The position numbers were made by a program, and so were the translations under genes. The notes beneath the pieces were generated by a model, which was not told where the DNA came from, searched no databases, and worked only from the letters and a program-made list of their open reading frames with translations. Below are positions 43,970 through 53,111 of a DNA stretch of 64,000 bases, piece after piece (positions within the stretch are counted from its first letter, which is position 1; each line of letters starts with the position of its first letter). Source of the stretch: Spirochaetaceae bacterium (GTDB taxonomy: Bacteria > Spirochaetota > Spirochaetia > DSM-27196 > SKKC01); contig SKXQ01000023.1 in assembly GCA_007128315.1 (NCBI GenBank), forward strand, positions 12,842 through 76,841, in the 5' to 3' direction.

Positions 43970-44270
43970 TTTCTGCTGCGTACTCACCCACGCTGCGACG
44001 GCGGTTGTGCTCAAACTGCAGGACGATGCAGTCCGCGTCCTGCTCAGGGCTGTCTGTCGCGTAACGGATCATCAGCCGGGGCCTTCTCCAGAGACGGTCT
44101 GCCCGTGCCGATATCAGAGCGGTGTTCGGGAGCCGGAATTTCATCCGGTCGACCTCACGTTCGATAACGACGGCCGAGGGCTCAAGATAAATGGTGCACG
44201 GTGCGGGATGCGTCCCGAGTACTGATGACGCATGGCTGTCGGTGTGTACACAGGATAGCGACTCGATCAT
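43908..44270 (-). CDS. Hypothetical protein (120 aa); coding status uncertain
   Basis: ORF only; no motif recognised. Overlaps the yihY-like 3' end by 62 nt and has no clear RBS. Confidence 0.3.
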   Translation of the reverse strand: MIESLSCVHTDSHASSVLGTHPAPCTIYLEPSAVVIEREVDRMKFRLPNTALISARADRLWRRPRLMIRYATDSPEQDADCIVLQFEHNRRRSVGEYAAEINARADDATRFRRRFPVPGP

Positions 44271-44274
44271 GAAC

Positions 44275-44295
44275 GGAAGCGTATCATACGCTTCC
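44275..44295. promoter_or_regulatory. 21-bp perfect palindrome ggaagcgtat-c-atacgcttcc in a divergent intergenic region; candidate operator or hairpin
   Basis: Read directly. 10-bp arms around a single central base, 5 nt upstream of the 43908-44270 ORF start and 75 nt upstream of the 44370 gene. Confidence 0.4.
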
Positions 44296-44369
44296 CGGGA
44301 TCGTCTCGTGGAATACTCTGCCGCTTTTCTCTATACTAGTAGGATATCGAGTTATGCCATGGAGGGTGT

Positions 44370-44780
44370 ATGAAACGCGCAATCATCGTACTGGGTCTCA
44401 TGCTTGGAGCTGTCCTGGTCATTTCAGCCCAGGAGGCCGACCTCGTAGGGCCATGGACGGCCTTCCGGGCAATAGAACTGAGCAACTATACACTGAGTGA
44501 CTATCGCAATCCGCCTGATGCGGGCGATCTGCCGATCGGACAGATCACGATCAACGCGGACGGTACCGTCACGTCGGATTTCCTCGATTTCGACGAGTGG
44601 AGTTTCGAAGATCAGTTCCTGATTCTCACCGACGGATCGAGTAATGCCTTCTTTGTTCCCCGGGTCATGGGTCCGGACACGCTGTATCTGCTTCGCGTAA
44701 GCGTAACGGAACGGAACCGCGAAGTGACACACATCCGGGTTGACCGGCCAGGCAGCCTTATCGTCGTACGAAACCCGTAG
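44370..44780 (+). CDS. Hypothetical secreted protein (lipocalin-like size and pattern)
   Basis: Signal peptide MKRAIIVLGLMLGAVLVISAQEA, then GPW... and a beta-rich sequence. Confidence 0.55.
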   Translation: MKRAIIVLGLMLGAVLVISAQEADLVGPWTAFRAIELSNYTLSDYRNPPDAGDLPIGQITINADGTVTSDFLDFDEWSFEDQFLILTDGSSNAFFVPRVMGPDTLYLLRVSVTERNREVTHIRVDRPGSLIVVRNP

Positions 44781-44798
44781 GACTGCTGTTTACTGCCC

Positions 44799-45710
44799 TC
44801 AGGGCACCCAGCGAACGGCGTTTGCGGGTATCCATCCTGACTCACCGCGGCCGAGATACACTTCGTAGAAGAGTTCAGCCTCGTGCCACGCGATCGATCT
44901 TACTCTCGAGCGGGGCACCGCCCCGTCGAGCGGATCCGGGGAACGCGAGAGCGCATCGCGTATGCGCGCTGAATGGCCGGGCTCCGATCGGACCAGAACG
45001 CTCGACACCACCGGCTCGACATCGGTCAGGCGGGTTTCGGCGGTATTCCAGGTCACGCTCCGACCGTCGAAGCGTCGCGTTGTTCGATCCACCCCTGCAG
45101 GCACGCCGTCGACGTGCTGCACGGCATACTGCTGCGAAGCGTACAGACGCCCTTCACCGTTCCGCTCGAAGAGATGCGTGTACTCTATGGTTACCCTGCC
45201 GAGTTCCGTCGACTCGACAAACCAGGTGAAGGGGCTCAGCCGCCGGTCATCCACCGTCAGCCAGTAGGTCTCGATCGTTCTCGCACCGCTCCACACGGCA
45301 CCGAAGTAGCTGTCGGCGACAGCCCTGACACTCACGACCGGTCTTCCATCACCCAGTGGACTCTTGATCTCCACTTCAGTAACGGTAACGAGAATTGACC
45401 GGCTGCCCGCAGCAAAGACCCGCGACAGGCGCATGGTCGCCGTGTTCAGAGGTGCATCAGGGTCTCCGGCCGTCCAGATAACCATAATTGCGTCTTCGGT
45501 TCCGGTGGGAAGCCCCGGACGTGCCTCGAGCCTGCACAGTCCGACCCGCAACCCGTAATCGTCCGATTCGGCGACGGGATCACACGAAGCATGGGTCGGT
45601 GTCGGGGAGATTATGAACACGAACAGCAGACAGCCGATAAGGCCGAAACGAACGGAACAGGTGAAGCATCTCACCCGTGAACAGTACCGGACATATCCAT
45701 ATCTTCTCAA
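44799..45710 (-). CDS. Hypothetical exported protein / lipoprotein with C-terminal SH3b-like domain
   Basis: Hydrophobic leader ending THASC. The C-terminal VLVRSEPGHSARIRDAL...FYEVYLGRGESGWIPANAVRWV resembles bacterial SH3. Confidence 0.5.
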   Translation of the reverse strand: MRRYGYVRYCSRVRCFTCSVRFGLIGCLLFVFIISPTPTHASCDPVAESDDYGLRVGLCRLEARPGLPTGTEDAIMVIWTAGDPDAPLNTATMRLSRVFAAGSRSILVTVTEVEIKSPLGDGRPVVSVRAVADSYFGAVWSGARTIETYWLTVDDRRLSPFTWFVESTELGRVTIEYTHLFERNGEGRLYASQQYAVQHVDGVPAGVDRTTRRFDGRSVTWNTAETRLTDVEPVVSSVLVRSEPGHSARIRDALSRSPDPLDGAVPRSRVRSIAWHEAELFYEVYLGRGESGWIPANAVRWVP

Positions 45711-45725
45711 GCGATCCGTGTTACG

Positions 45726-46196
45726 ATGCCGGCCATGTTCATTGAGGTCCTGGTCGGACTGATCGGCATTCTCATAGTCATTGCGCTGTGGCCCATGCTG
45801 AAGGGTCCGTCTTCGGGTGCATCAGCTGTGCGACGAAAGAAACACTCGAACCGATCCCGGACGGAAATAAACGCTCCGACAGCCCGTCGGTGCCCCGTCT
45901 GTCACGCTACGCTCGGCCCGGGCGAACGGATCAAAAGTGTGGTCTTCTCCGGAGGCACGGCACACCGGGAGATCCACGAGCATACAACCCATATTTTCGG
46001 TTGTCCGCATTGCTATCCGAACAATCATGTACACCCGCGCGTGTGCCCGGTCTGCGACTCGACGCTCACCCGCGACGGGTACCTGCTCGCCCGTATGTTC
46101 AAACGACCGGGTAAGAAAGATCATGTGCACGTGCTCGGCTGCACGGATTGCCGGGGTCCGAGAACGCGTCGATCGGCGCCGCGCAATGTTGAGTAA
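45726..46196 (+). CDS. Membrane-anchored protein with four CxxC pairs (two predicted zinc ribbons)
   Basis: N-terminal TM (FIEVLVGLIGILIVIALWPML), then CPVC...CPHC...CPVC...CTDC. Confidence 0.5.
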   Translation: MPAMFIEVLVGLIGILIVIALWPMLKGPSSGASAVRRKKHSNRSRTEINAPTARRCPVCHATLGPGERIKSVVFSGGTAHREIHEHTTHIFGCPHCYPNNHVHPRVCPVCDSTLTRDGYLLARMFKRPGKKDHVHVLGCTDCRGPRTRRSAPRNVE

Positions 46197-46223
46197 GTAC
46201 CGCAACGCAGGTAAGGTATACTG

Positions 46224-46571
46224 ATGGCACACGACACGATTTTCGACAGGATTCTTGCCGGAGACATACCGGCCGATACGGTTTACGAGGACGAAGACGT
46301 CCTTGCCTTCCGTGATATCAATCCGCAGGCACCGATACACGTGCTGGTTGTTCCGAAGCACCGGGTAGAACGCTTCGCCGACCTGGCCGACCGGAGCGAC
46401 GCATGGATCGGCAGGTTCTTTTCGACCGTGTCCCGGATCGCCGGTCTGCTCGGCCTCAACGAGAACGGCTACCGGGTTGTCATAAACAACGGAAAGGACG
46501 GGCAACAGTCCGTCGAGTATCTTCACGCCCACATCCTCGGGGGACGTGGGCTCAGCTGGCCTCCGGGCTGA
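46224..46571 (+). CDS. HIT-family (histidine triad) nucleotide-binding protein, HinT-like
   Basis: FDRILAGDIPA, DINPQAPIHVLVVPK, and the histidine triad region LHAHILGG. Confidence 0.88.
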   Translation: MAHDTIFDRILAGDIPADTVYEDEDVLAFRDINPQAPIHVLVVPKHRVERFADLADRSDAWIGRFFSTVSRIAGLLGLNENGYRVVINNGKDGQQSVEYLHAHILGGRGLSWPPG

Positions 46572-46599
46572 CATACATCACACACAGGTACAGGATTTT

Positions 46600-48360
46600 A
46601 TGGACAAGAACAGACGAACTCTGACATGTGGGGAACCCACGGCGGCTCATTGTGATCGCGAGGTAATCCTGAACGGATGGGTGCACCGGGTCAGAGATCA
46701 CGGCGGGATACGGTTTTTCAACCTTCGCGACCGCTACGGACAGGTGCAGGTCGTAATCGACACCGATGCACCGGAACAGGTGAAGACGACAGGTGACGAG
46801 TTAAGACTCGAATACTGCGTTGCGGTCGTGGGAACCGTTCGCCGACGACCCGGGAGCATGGTAAATCCCGATATGGCGAGTGGCGAGATCGAAGTGCAGG
46901 CGACCGAGATAAACATCCTGTCCACCTCGGAACCGCTTCCGTTCATGATCGAGGACCGCAGCGATGCCCGCGAGGAGACACGACTCAAGTATCGCTACCT
47001 CGATCTCCGGTCGGCGTCCATGCAGCACAAGATACGCCTGCGTCACGAGGTGAGTTTCCGGGTCAGGGAGTATCTCAGCGGACTCGGCTTCTACGAAATT
47101 GAGACACCGACCATGATCAAGTCGACTCCCGAAGGAGCGCGGGACTTTCTCATTCCTTCCCGGCTTCATCCGGGCAAGTTCTACGCAATGCCTCAGAGTC
47201 CCCAGCTGTACAAACAGATTCTGATGGTGTCCGGTTTCGACCGCTACTTCCAGATAGCGCACTGCTTCCGCGACGAAGACGCACGAGGTGACCGACAGCT
47301 CGAACACACACAAGTAGACATAGAAATGAGCTTCGTATCGGCCGAGGACATTTTCGCGCTCGTCGAAGGTATGATGAACCACGTCTTTACCCACGCGATC
47401 GACCATCCCCTGCCGACCCCCTTCGTACGGCTTTCGTACCACGATGCAATGAACCGCTACGGATCGGACAAGCCGGATCTCAGATTCGCGCTGGAGCTGC
47501 AGGATGCCGCATCCCTGGCTCAGGGATCAGGCTTCCGGGTTTTCGAGGATGCGGTCGCTTCCGGTGGCGCCGTGAAGGCTCTGGTGGTTCCCGATGGTGC
47601 CGCGATGTCACGAAAAGACATCGAAGGCCTTGAAACCACGGCAAAAACCTACGGAGCGAAGGGACTCGCGTGGATGAAGATCAGCGACACAGGCCCGGAG
47701 GGCGGCGTATCGAAGTTCTTTACCGACAAGGCCGACCGAATACAACCCTTCGGAGCGAAGGTTGGTGATCTGCTTCTGTTCGTTGCCGACACCTGGAAGG
47801 TCGCGTGTACTGCCCTCGGTGCCGTTCGGAGTTCACTCGGAAAATCGCTCAACCTCATAGATCGCACGACCTTCGCATTCGCCTGGATTGTCGACTTCCC
47901 GCTGTTTGAATGGGACGATGAAAACGGTCGCTGGGAGGCTGCCCATCACATGTTTACCATGCCTCAGGAGCAGTATCTCGATCACCTGGAATCCGACCCC
48001 GGCGCAGTAAAGGGTGACCTGTATGACCTTGTCTGCAACGGATTCGAGCTGGCGTCCGGAAGCATCAGAATTCACAACGCCGAGCTCCAGAGCAGAATTT
48101 TTGACATAGTCGGTTTCTCCCGGGACGAGGCGCAGAAACGATTCGGGTTCCTGCTCGATGCCTTCCGCTACGGGCCGCCCCCGCACGGCGGAATCGCACC
48201 AGGTCTCGACAGACTTGTCATGATCATGGCCGGCGAACAGAGCATACGTGAAGTGATCGCTTTTCCAAAGACGACGAACGGCATTTCGCCCATGGACGAC
48301 AGCCCGTCGGAAGTTGATTCGGATCAGCTGAAAGACCTCTGTATACAGATTACCGAATAA
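46600..48360 (+). CDS. aspS: Aspartate--tRNA ligase
   Basis: OB-fold N-domain (GWVHRVRDHGGIRFFNLRDRYG), class II motifs FRDEDARGDRQLEHTQVD, GSIRIH and GGIAPGLDR. Start moved to ATG 46600. Confidence 0.95.
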   Translation: MDKNRRTLTCGEPTAAHCDREVILNGWVHRVRDHGGIRFFNLRDRYGQVQVVIDTDAPEQVKTTGDELRLEYCVAVVGTVRRRPGSMVNPDMASGEIEVQATEINILSTSEPLPFMIEDRSDAREETRLKYRYLDLRSASMQHKIRLRHEVSFRVREYLSGLGFYEIETPTMIKSTPEGARDFLIPSRLHPGKFYAMPQSPQLYKQILMVSGFDRYFQIAHCFRDEDARGDRQLEHTQVDIEMSFVSAEDIFALVEGMMNHVFTHAIDHPLPTPFVRLSYHDAMNRYGSDKPDLRFALELQDAASLAQGSGFRVFEDAVASGGAVKALVVPDGAAMSRKDIEGLETTAKTYGAKGLAWMKISDTGPEGGVSKFFTDKADRIQPFGAKVGDLLLFVADTWKVACTALGAVRSSLGKSLNLIDRTTFAFAWIVDFPLFEWDDENGRWEAAHHMFTMPQEQYLDHLESDPGAVKGDLYDLVCNGFELASGSIRIHNAELQSRIFDIVGFSRDEAQKRFGFLLDAFRYGPPPHGGIAPGLDRLVMIMAGEQSIREVIAFPKTTNGISPMDDSPSEVDSDQLKDLCIQITE

Positions 48361-48370
48361 GGAGAACACG

Positions 48371-49552
48371 ATGTACACAGTACAGACACGAAACGCAATA
48401 TCCAGCCACGGCCTCGCAGTACTCGAACGGCGGGGCATATCAGTGGATTCCGATGTCGACAATCCTGACGCTCTGCTCGTGCGAAGTGCGAAGCTGAATG
48501 ACGAGAACTTCGGGACGTCCGTAAAGGCTATCGCCCGGGCCGGAGCGGGTTACAACAACGTCCCGGTTTCTCGATGCACCGAGCAGGGGATCGTCGTCTT
48601 CAACACTCCCGGAGCCAACGCGAACAGTGTCAAGGAACTGGTGATAACCGCGCTCATGCTGTCGAGTCGCAGGATCAGCGAAGGAATAACCTGGGTTCGC
48701 TCAGCGGCGGCAGACGATCCCGGGGGTCTGGCGGCCCTGGTTGAAAAGGAGAAAAAGCGCTTCGTAGGCCCCGAGATCATGGGAAAAACGCTCGGCGTCA
48801 TTGGCCTCGGTGCCATCGGTGTAATGGTTTCGAATGCCGCGTCCAGCCTCGGTATGAAGGTCATCGGATACGACCCTTACATAAGTGTCAATTCGGCTTG
48901 GGACCTCGATGGTGCAGTCGGACGTGCCGGATCCCTCGCGGAAATCTACAGCCGCGCCGACTACATAAGCATACACGCACCGCTGACCGATACTACACGA
49001 AGCATGATTGACGAAGCAGCCATTGCTCAGCTCAAGCGCGGAGTGCGAATCATCAACATGGCACGAGGCGAGCTGGTTGATAACGCTGCGATGAAGGTCG
49101 GACTCGACCGTGGTATCGTCAGCTGCTACGTCACGGATTTTCCTTCCGACAGTCTTGCCACACACGAGGGAGTCATCCCTGTTCCACATCTCGGCGCGTC
49201 GACTCCGGAGGCTGAAGACAACTGTGCAGTCATGGCAGCCGAGCAGCTGTCCGATTTTCTTCAGTTCGGAAATATTCGGAACTCGGTCAACTTTCCAGCC
49301 TGCGAGATGCCGATCGGGGACGGCGCACGCCTGCTCGTCGCAAACAGGAACATACCGAATATGGTTGGTCAGATCACCGGCATTCTCGCGTCACGCAACG
49401 CGAACATCTCCGATATGTTGAACAAGCATCGCGAGAAGATCGCCTACAACATCATTGACCTTGAGGGCGAGGTATCCGCGGAGACTCTTGCTCTGCTGGA
49501 GGCTATCGAAGGCGTGATATCAGTCCGCACAGTCACCTCACGGCAGGGATAA
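48371..49552 (+). CDS. serA: D-3-phosphoglycerate dehydrogenase with C-terminal ACT domain
   Basis: GVIGLGAIGVMV NAD motif, INMARGELVD, HLGASTPEA, and an ACT-like tail (NIPNMVGQITGILASRNANISDM). Confidence 0.85.
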   Translation: MYTVQTRNAISSHGLAVLERRGISVDSDVDNPDALLVRSAKLNDENFGTSVKAIARAGAGYNNVPVSRCTEQGIVVFNTPGANANSVKELVITALMLSSRRISEGITWVRSAAADDPGGLAALVEKEKKRFVGPEIMGKTLGVIGLGAIGVMVSNAASSLGMKVIGYDPYISVNSAWDLDGAVGRAGSLAEIYSRADYISIHAPLTDTTRSMIDEAAIAQLKRGVRIINMARGELVDNAAMKVGLDRGIVSCYVTDFPSDSLATHEGVIPVPHLGASTPEAEDNCAVMAAEQLSDFLQFGNIRNSVNFPACEMPIGDGARLLVANRNIPNMVGQITGILASRNANISDMLNKHREKIAYNIIDLEGEVSAETLALLEAIEGVISVRTVTSRQG

Positions 49553-49555
49553 GGC

Positions 49556-51010
49556 GTGGCCGCCCGAAAGCGATCACGCTTCGTATGTAACGCGTGCGGG
49601 CACGAGGAGACGAAGTGGCTCGGCAGGTGCCCCGCCTGCGGTAACTGGAATACCTTCGAGGAAAGCAATGCCACCGGAGCGGTTGATGCGAGTGCTCACC
49701 GCCCGGCCTCCGCAACGACCGCCGATGCGCTGCTGCTCGACCGAATCCGAACCCAGGATTCCCTCCGGATCAGGACCGGGTTGACCGAGTTTGACCGTGT
49801 GCTCGGCGGCGGCGCGAGCCTCGGATCGAGCACCCTGATCGGCGGAGAACCGGGCATAGGGAAGTCGACACTGCTTCTACAGGCCGCCGGCAGCACGTCG
49901 GACACGTTTACAACCCTGTACGTGACCGGAGAGGAATCTGCTGGACAGCTCAAGCAGCGCGCGGCGCGACTGGGTGTCAGAGGTGAGAAGCTTCACATTC
50001 TGGCGAATGCAAACCTCGCAGCGGTGCTCAGAAATATCGAAAAGATCAAACCCGACATAGTTGTGATCGATTCGGTGCAGACGCTGTATTCCGACGAAGC
50101 GGCGAGCATGCCCGGAAGCCCTACGCAGCTGCGCTACTGTACCTTCGAGATCGCTGACTGGGCGAGGACTAACTCGGCTGTGTGTTTCTTTGTAGCCCAC
50201 GTAACCAAGGACGGCGCCATTGCCGGGCCCAAGGTCATGGAACATATGGTCGACACGGTTCTGCTCTTCGAGGAAGCAGAGGGCTCGACACGCATCCTGC
50301 GCGCCACAAAGAACCGCTTTGGCGCGACCGACGAGATCGGACTGTTTACCATGGTTCAGTCAGGCCTGCGGGAGGTATCAGACCCTTCGGCACTATTTCT
50401 CGTCCGTCGTGACGGCCCCCAGCCACCCGGCGTCGTAATCGCTCCCGTGTATGAAGGCAGTCGCATCCTGCTTGTAGAGATACAGGCCTTGACGGTTCCG
50501 GCGAAAGGTGGTGTCTCCCGGGTCTTTTCCGATCGCATAGAGTCTGCACGTGTCAGCCGCGTCGCAGCAGTACTCGAAAAACACGCGGGACTTGGACTCA
50601 ATGATCAGGATCTGTACGTGAATGTTGCCGGGGGTATGCGCATATCGGAAGTCGGAGTTGACCTGCCCCTCGCGATTGCGCTGTACTCGGCGGCAACCGG
50701 GACCCCTGCGCACGCCGACACCGCCGTCACCGGCGAACTCAGCCTCGCGGGCGAGATCCGACCTGTCACGGGCCTCGAGCGCCGCCTTCGCAGCGTCCTC
50801 GACTACGGTTTGACCGGGTTGATCGGTCCGCACGACTTTTCGCCCGGGGAATCGGGCAAGGTTACCGACCTGTCGGCGCTGAACGCGACAGGCAGCATTC
50901 TCGCGGCGCTGAAGGCAGTCTTCTCTCCTGCCCGGACCGGTGCGAACCTAGAGCAGCGAGGTCAGATAGGGAATTCCGATAAAGGTACCGATACTGCTGC
51001 CTACCGTTGA
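49556..51010 (+). CDS. radA: DNA repair protein RadA/Sms
   Basis: GTG start. Zinc finger CNACGHEETKWLGRCPACGNW, Walker A GGEPGIGKST, KNRFG motif and a Lon-like C-domain. Confidence 0.93.
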   Translation: MAARKRSRFVCNACGHEETKWLGRCPACGNWNTFEESNATGAVDASAHRPASATTADALLLDRIRTQDSLRIRTGLTEFDRVLGGGASLGSSTLIGGEPGIGKSTLLLQAAGSTSDTFTTLYVTGEESAGQLKQRAARLGVRGEKLHILANANLAAVLRNIEKIKPDIVVIDSVQTLYSDEAASMPGSPTQLRYCTFEIADWARTNSAVCFFVAHVTKDGAIAGPKVMEHMVDTVLLFEEAEGSTRILRATKNRFGATDEIGLFTMVQSGLREVSDPSALFLVRRDGPQPPGVVIAPVYEGSRILLVEIQALTVPAKGGVSRVFSDRIESARVSRVAAVLEKHAGLGLNDQDLYVNVAGGMRISEVGVDLPLAIALYSAATGTPAHADTAVTGELSLAGEIRPVTGLERRLRSVLDYGLTGLIGPHDFSPGESGKVTDLSALNATGSILAALKAVFSPARTGANLEQRGQIGNSDKGTDTAAYR

Positions 51011-52141
51011 AAACGCGAACACGAGCAGAACGCGAGTGATGCGGTTCCGGAAGAAGCCTCGAAAGGATGCAATGTCCGTCTGCAGATTCTCGAAGTCGTG
51101 CACGCGCGGCTTACGGAAGACTGCTTCAAGCAGCCCCGAAACGAAGCCGACCCCTATGGTTGGGTTCATGGAGGTGATCGGAGCGGCAAGAAAGGACGCG
51201 ACGATCGTGAGGGGATGCGCGAGTGCAATGGCCGCGCCGATCGCGCTGAGCCCTCCGTTGACAAGCACCCAGAGCAGAAACATGTCGCGGGTCAGATCCC
51301 ACCCCGACCGTACAAACCCTGCGGCGAACAGCGTGCCGACGGCAAGGGGAACCAGCCACGGCAGAAGCCGGGATATCAGGCCTTTTGGCGGTATGAGGTT
51401 AAGTTCTTCCAGCGGAGGATCGATCGGTCCGGCCTGCAGAGCCTCAAGGGTTCGTACAATCCCCGGGACGTGTCCGGCTCCAACCACTGCAAGAATGTTT
51501 GAGCCCGCCGCTTCGTGTATTTTTTCTGCAAGATAGCGGTCACGCTCATCGATGAGCACACGTTTGGCACCGGGCAGGTAGTCGCTGAGTTCTTCCATCA
51601 TCGCCGAAAGAGCATCGGTTTCCTTCAGCGACTCGATATCGGCCTCTGATACCGATTCACCACCGAACAGCGAGCCGAGCAGCGCAGCCATCATCTTGCT
51701 CTTGCTCCAGAGACCTCCGCTCGCCCAGGCGCGCTTGAGCGTAATCTGTATTTCCCTATCGCAGAGTACAACGGGAATCGTTTTCTCCCGGGCAACGCCG
51801 ACCGCCTCCACCATCTCGGCGCCCGGCTTGACCCCGAGCTCTTTTCCTATGCGTCGCTGAAAACTCGCAAGAGCGAGGTTCCCAAGCAGGAGGAATCCCT
51901 TTCCCTGTCTGATCACGCTGTAGATGTCGAGCTTCTTCCACGCCTCGGAATCGGTGAGACTGCGATACCTGGATTCGTCTATTTCTATGCACATGCAGTC
52001 CGGCCGTTCGGCGTCAGCGAGCATTCGCACCTGCCTCACGCTGGACTGAGAGACGTGAGCGGTCCCGAGCAGGACGATGCGTCGTCCTTCCGACTCGATT
52101 ATGGTCGTCCCCTCGTAGAGAGACGCTGTTTGTTCTGTCAT
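50948..52141 (-). CDS. TraB/GumN-family protein with C-terminal membrane domain
   Basis: LLGTAHVSQSSV motif, AVVGAGHVPG and C-terminal TM helices. Overlaps the radA 3' end by 63 nt (convergent). Confidence 0.8.
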   Translation of the reverse strand: MTEQTASLYEGTTIIESEGRRIVLLGTAHVSQSSVRQVRMLADAERPDCMCIEIDESRYRSLTDSEAWKKLDIYSVIRQGKGFLLLGNLALASFQRRIGKELGVKPGAEMVEAVGVAREKTIPVVLCDREIQITLKRAWASGGLWSKSKMMAALLGSLFGGESVSEADIESLKETDALSAMMEELSDYLPGAKRVLIDERDRYLAEKIHEAAGSNILAVVGAGHVPGIVRTLEALQAGPIDPPLEELNLIPPKGLISRLLPWLVPLAVGTLFAAGFVRSGWDLTRDMFLLWVLVNGGLSAIGAAIALAHPLTIVASFLAAPITSMNPTIGVGFVSGLLEAVFRKPRVHDFENLQTDIASFRGFFRNRITRVLLVFAFSTVGSSIGTFIGIPYLTSLL

Positions 52142-53094
52142 TCTTTACCCATTGCCTGAAGAAATCGTTTACGGAGACCCTGTTCACCCGGAAAAAGGTC
52201 GCGAGGAATGCTTCCACCTCCCATGTGCACGTGACCGCCACCAGAGCCCAGGCCTTTCAGGGCACGGCGAAGCACGACATCCGAAGGGCGCGCGCTATCC
52301 TCACTGCGCACTGAGATACGATACTCGTCACGGTCGGGTTCGACAACACACACGAAGTGCAGTTCACGAAGTCCAAGAAAGAAATCCGCGACGAGTGCCA
52401 TAGCCTCGGATGTGCACTCCTGTTCAAGCATTATGAAGGCAAAGTCGTCGGCGACCTCACAGGAATTGATTGCCTCGCGGAACAACCCGAGATCGCTGAG
52501 GCTCAGGCTGTTTTTCAGAAGGCGGCTTCCGGTCTCCCAGTCCCCCTGAAAGTACAGCGTAGAGAAGGCCTCGAGGTCAATCGGTGCAACCCCGCGGGTC
52601 ATGAACGCGGTATCCATCATGAGGCCCATCAGAAGCATGGTAGCCACGCTTTTCTTCATGGGAACATCCGCACCGCGGAAGTACTCGTAGAAAATCGTAG
52701 AACACGAACCGTAGTCCGGCCGGATGTCATGGTACGCACAGTCGGGCTCTTCAGGAGGCTTGTGATGATCGATGACTGCGACCACAGTACCCGGCAGCCC
52801 GGTCATGTTGCGATTTCCGATGAACCCGTCGACAAGGATCAACTGTGCATCATCGTCGAAGGCCAGCAGTCGCGTGCTGTATATCGGTACTTCGAGGAGC
52901 TTGATGGCCTCACTCAGACTTTCGCTCTGTATCGTGCCACCATAGCACAGAGACGAACCCACCCCCCGGGACTCGAGCAGATGCATAAGACCGAATGCGC
53001 TCGCCACTGCATCGTGGTCGGGGAAGTCGTGCGCCTGAATGTAGACCGGTTTTGATGCATCAAGATGCGAAACCAGCTCATCAACACCCTTCAT
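52138..53094 (-). CDS. DHH/DHHA1 phosphoesterase (NrnA-like oligoribonuclease / pAp phosphatase)
   Basis: HDFPDHDAVASA (DxD), VIDHHKP (DHH), GLMMDT, and GGGHVHMGGG (DHHA1). Confidence 0.82.
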   Translation of the reverse strand: MKGVDELVSHLDASKPVYIQAHDFPDHDAVASAFGLMHLLESRGVGSSLCYGGTIQSESLSEAIKLLEVPIYSTRLLAFDDDAQLILVDGFIGNRNMTGLPGTVVAVIDHHKPPEEPDCAYHDIRPDYGSCSTIFYEYFRGADVPMKKSVATMLLMGLMMDTAFMTRGVAPIDLEAFSTLYFQGDWETGSRLLKNSLSLSDLGLFREAINSCEVADDFAFIMLEQECTSEAMALVADFFLGLRELHFVCVVEPDRDEYRISVRSEDSARPSDVVLRRALKGLGSGGGHVHMGGGSIPRDLFPGEQGLRKRFLQAMGKE

Positions 53095-53111
53095 GGGTCC
53101 CTCCGCGTGTC

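Noticed and set aside
43908-44270. PilZ-like RxxxR ... D/NxSxxG motif in the 120-aa ORF (RLWRRPRL present)
   Set aside because: No D/N-x-S-x-x-G follows at the expected distance. The resemblance is limited to an Arg cluster.
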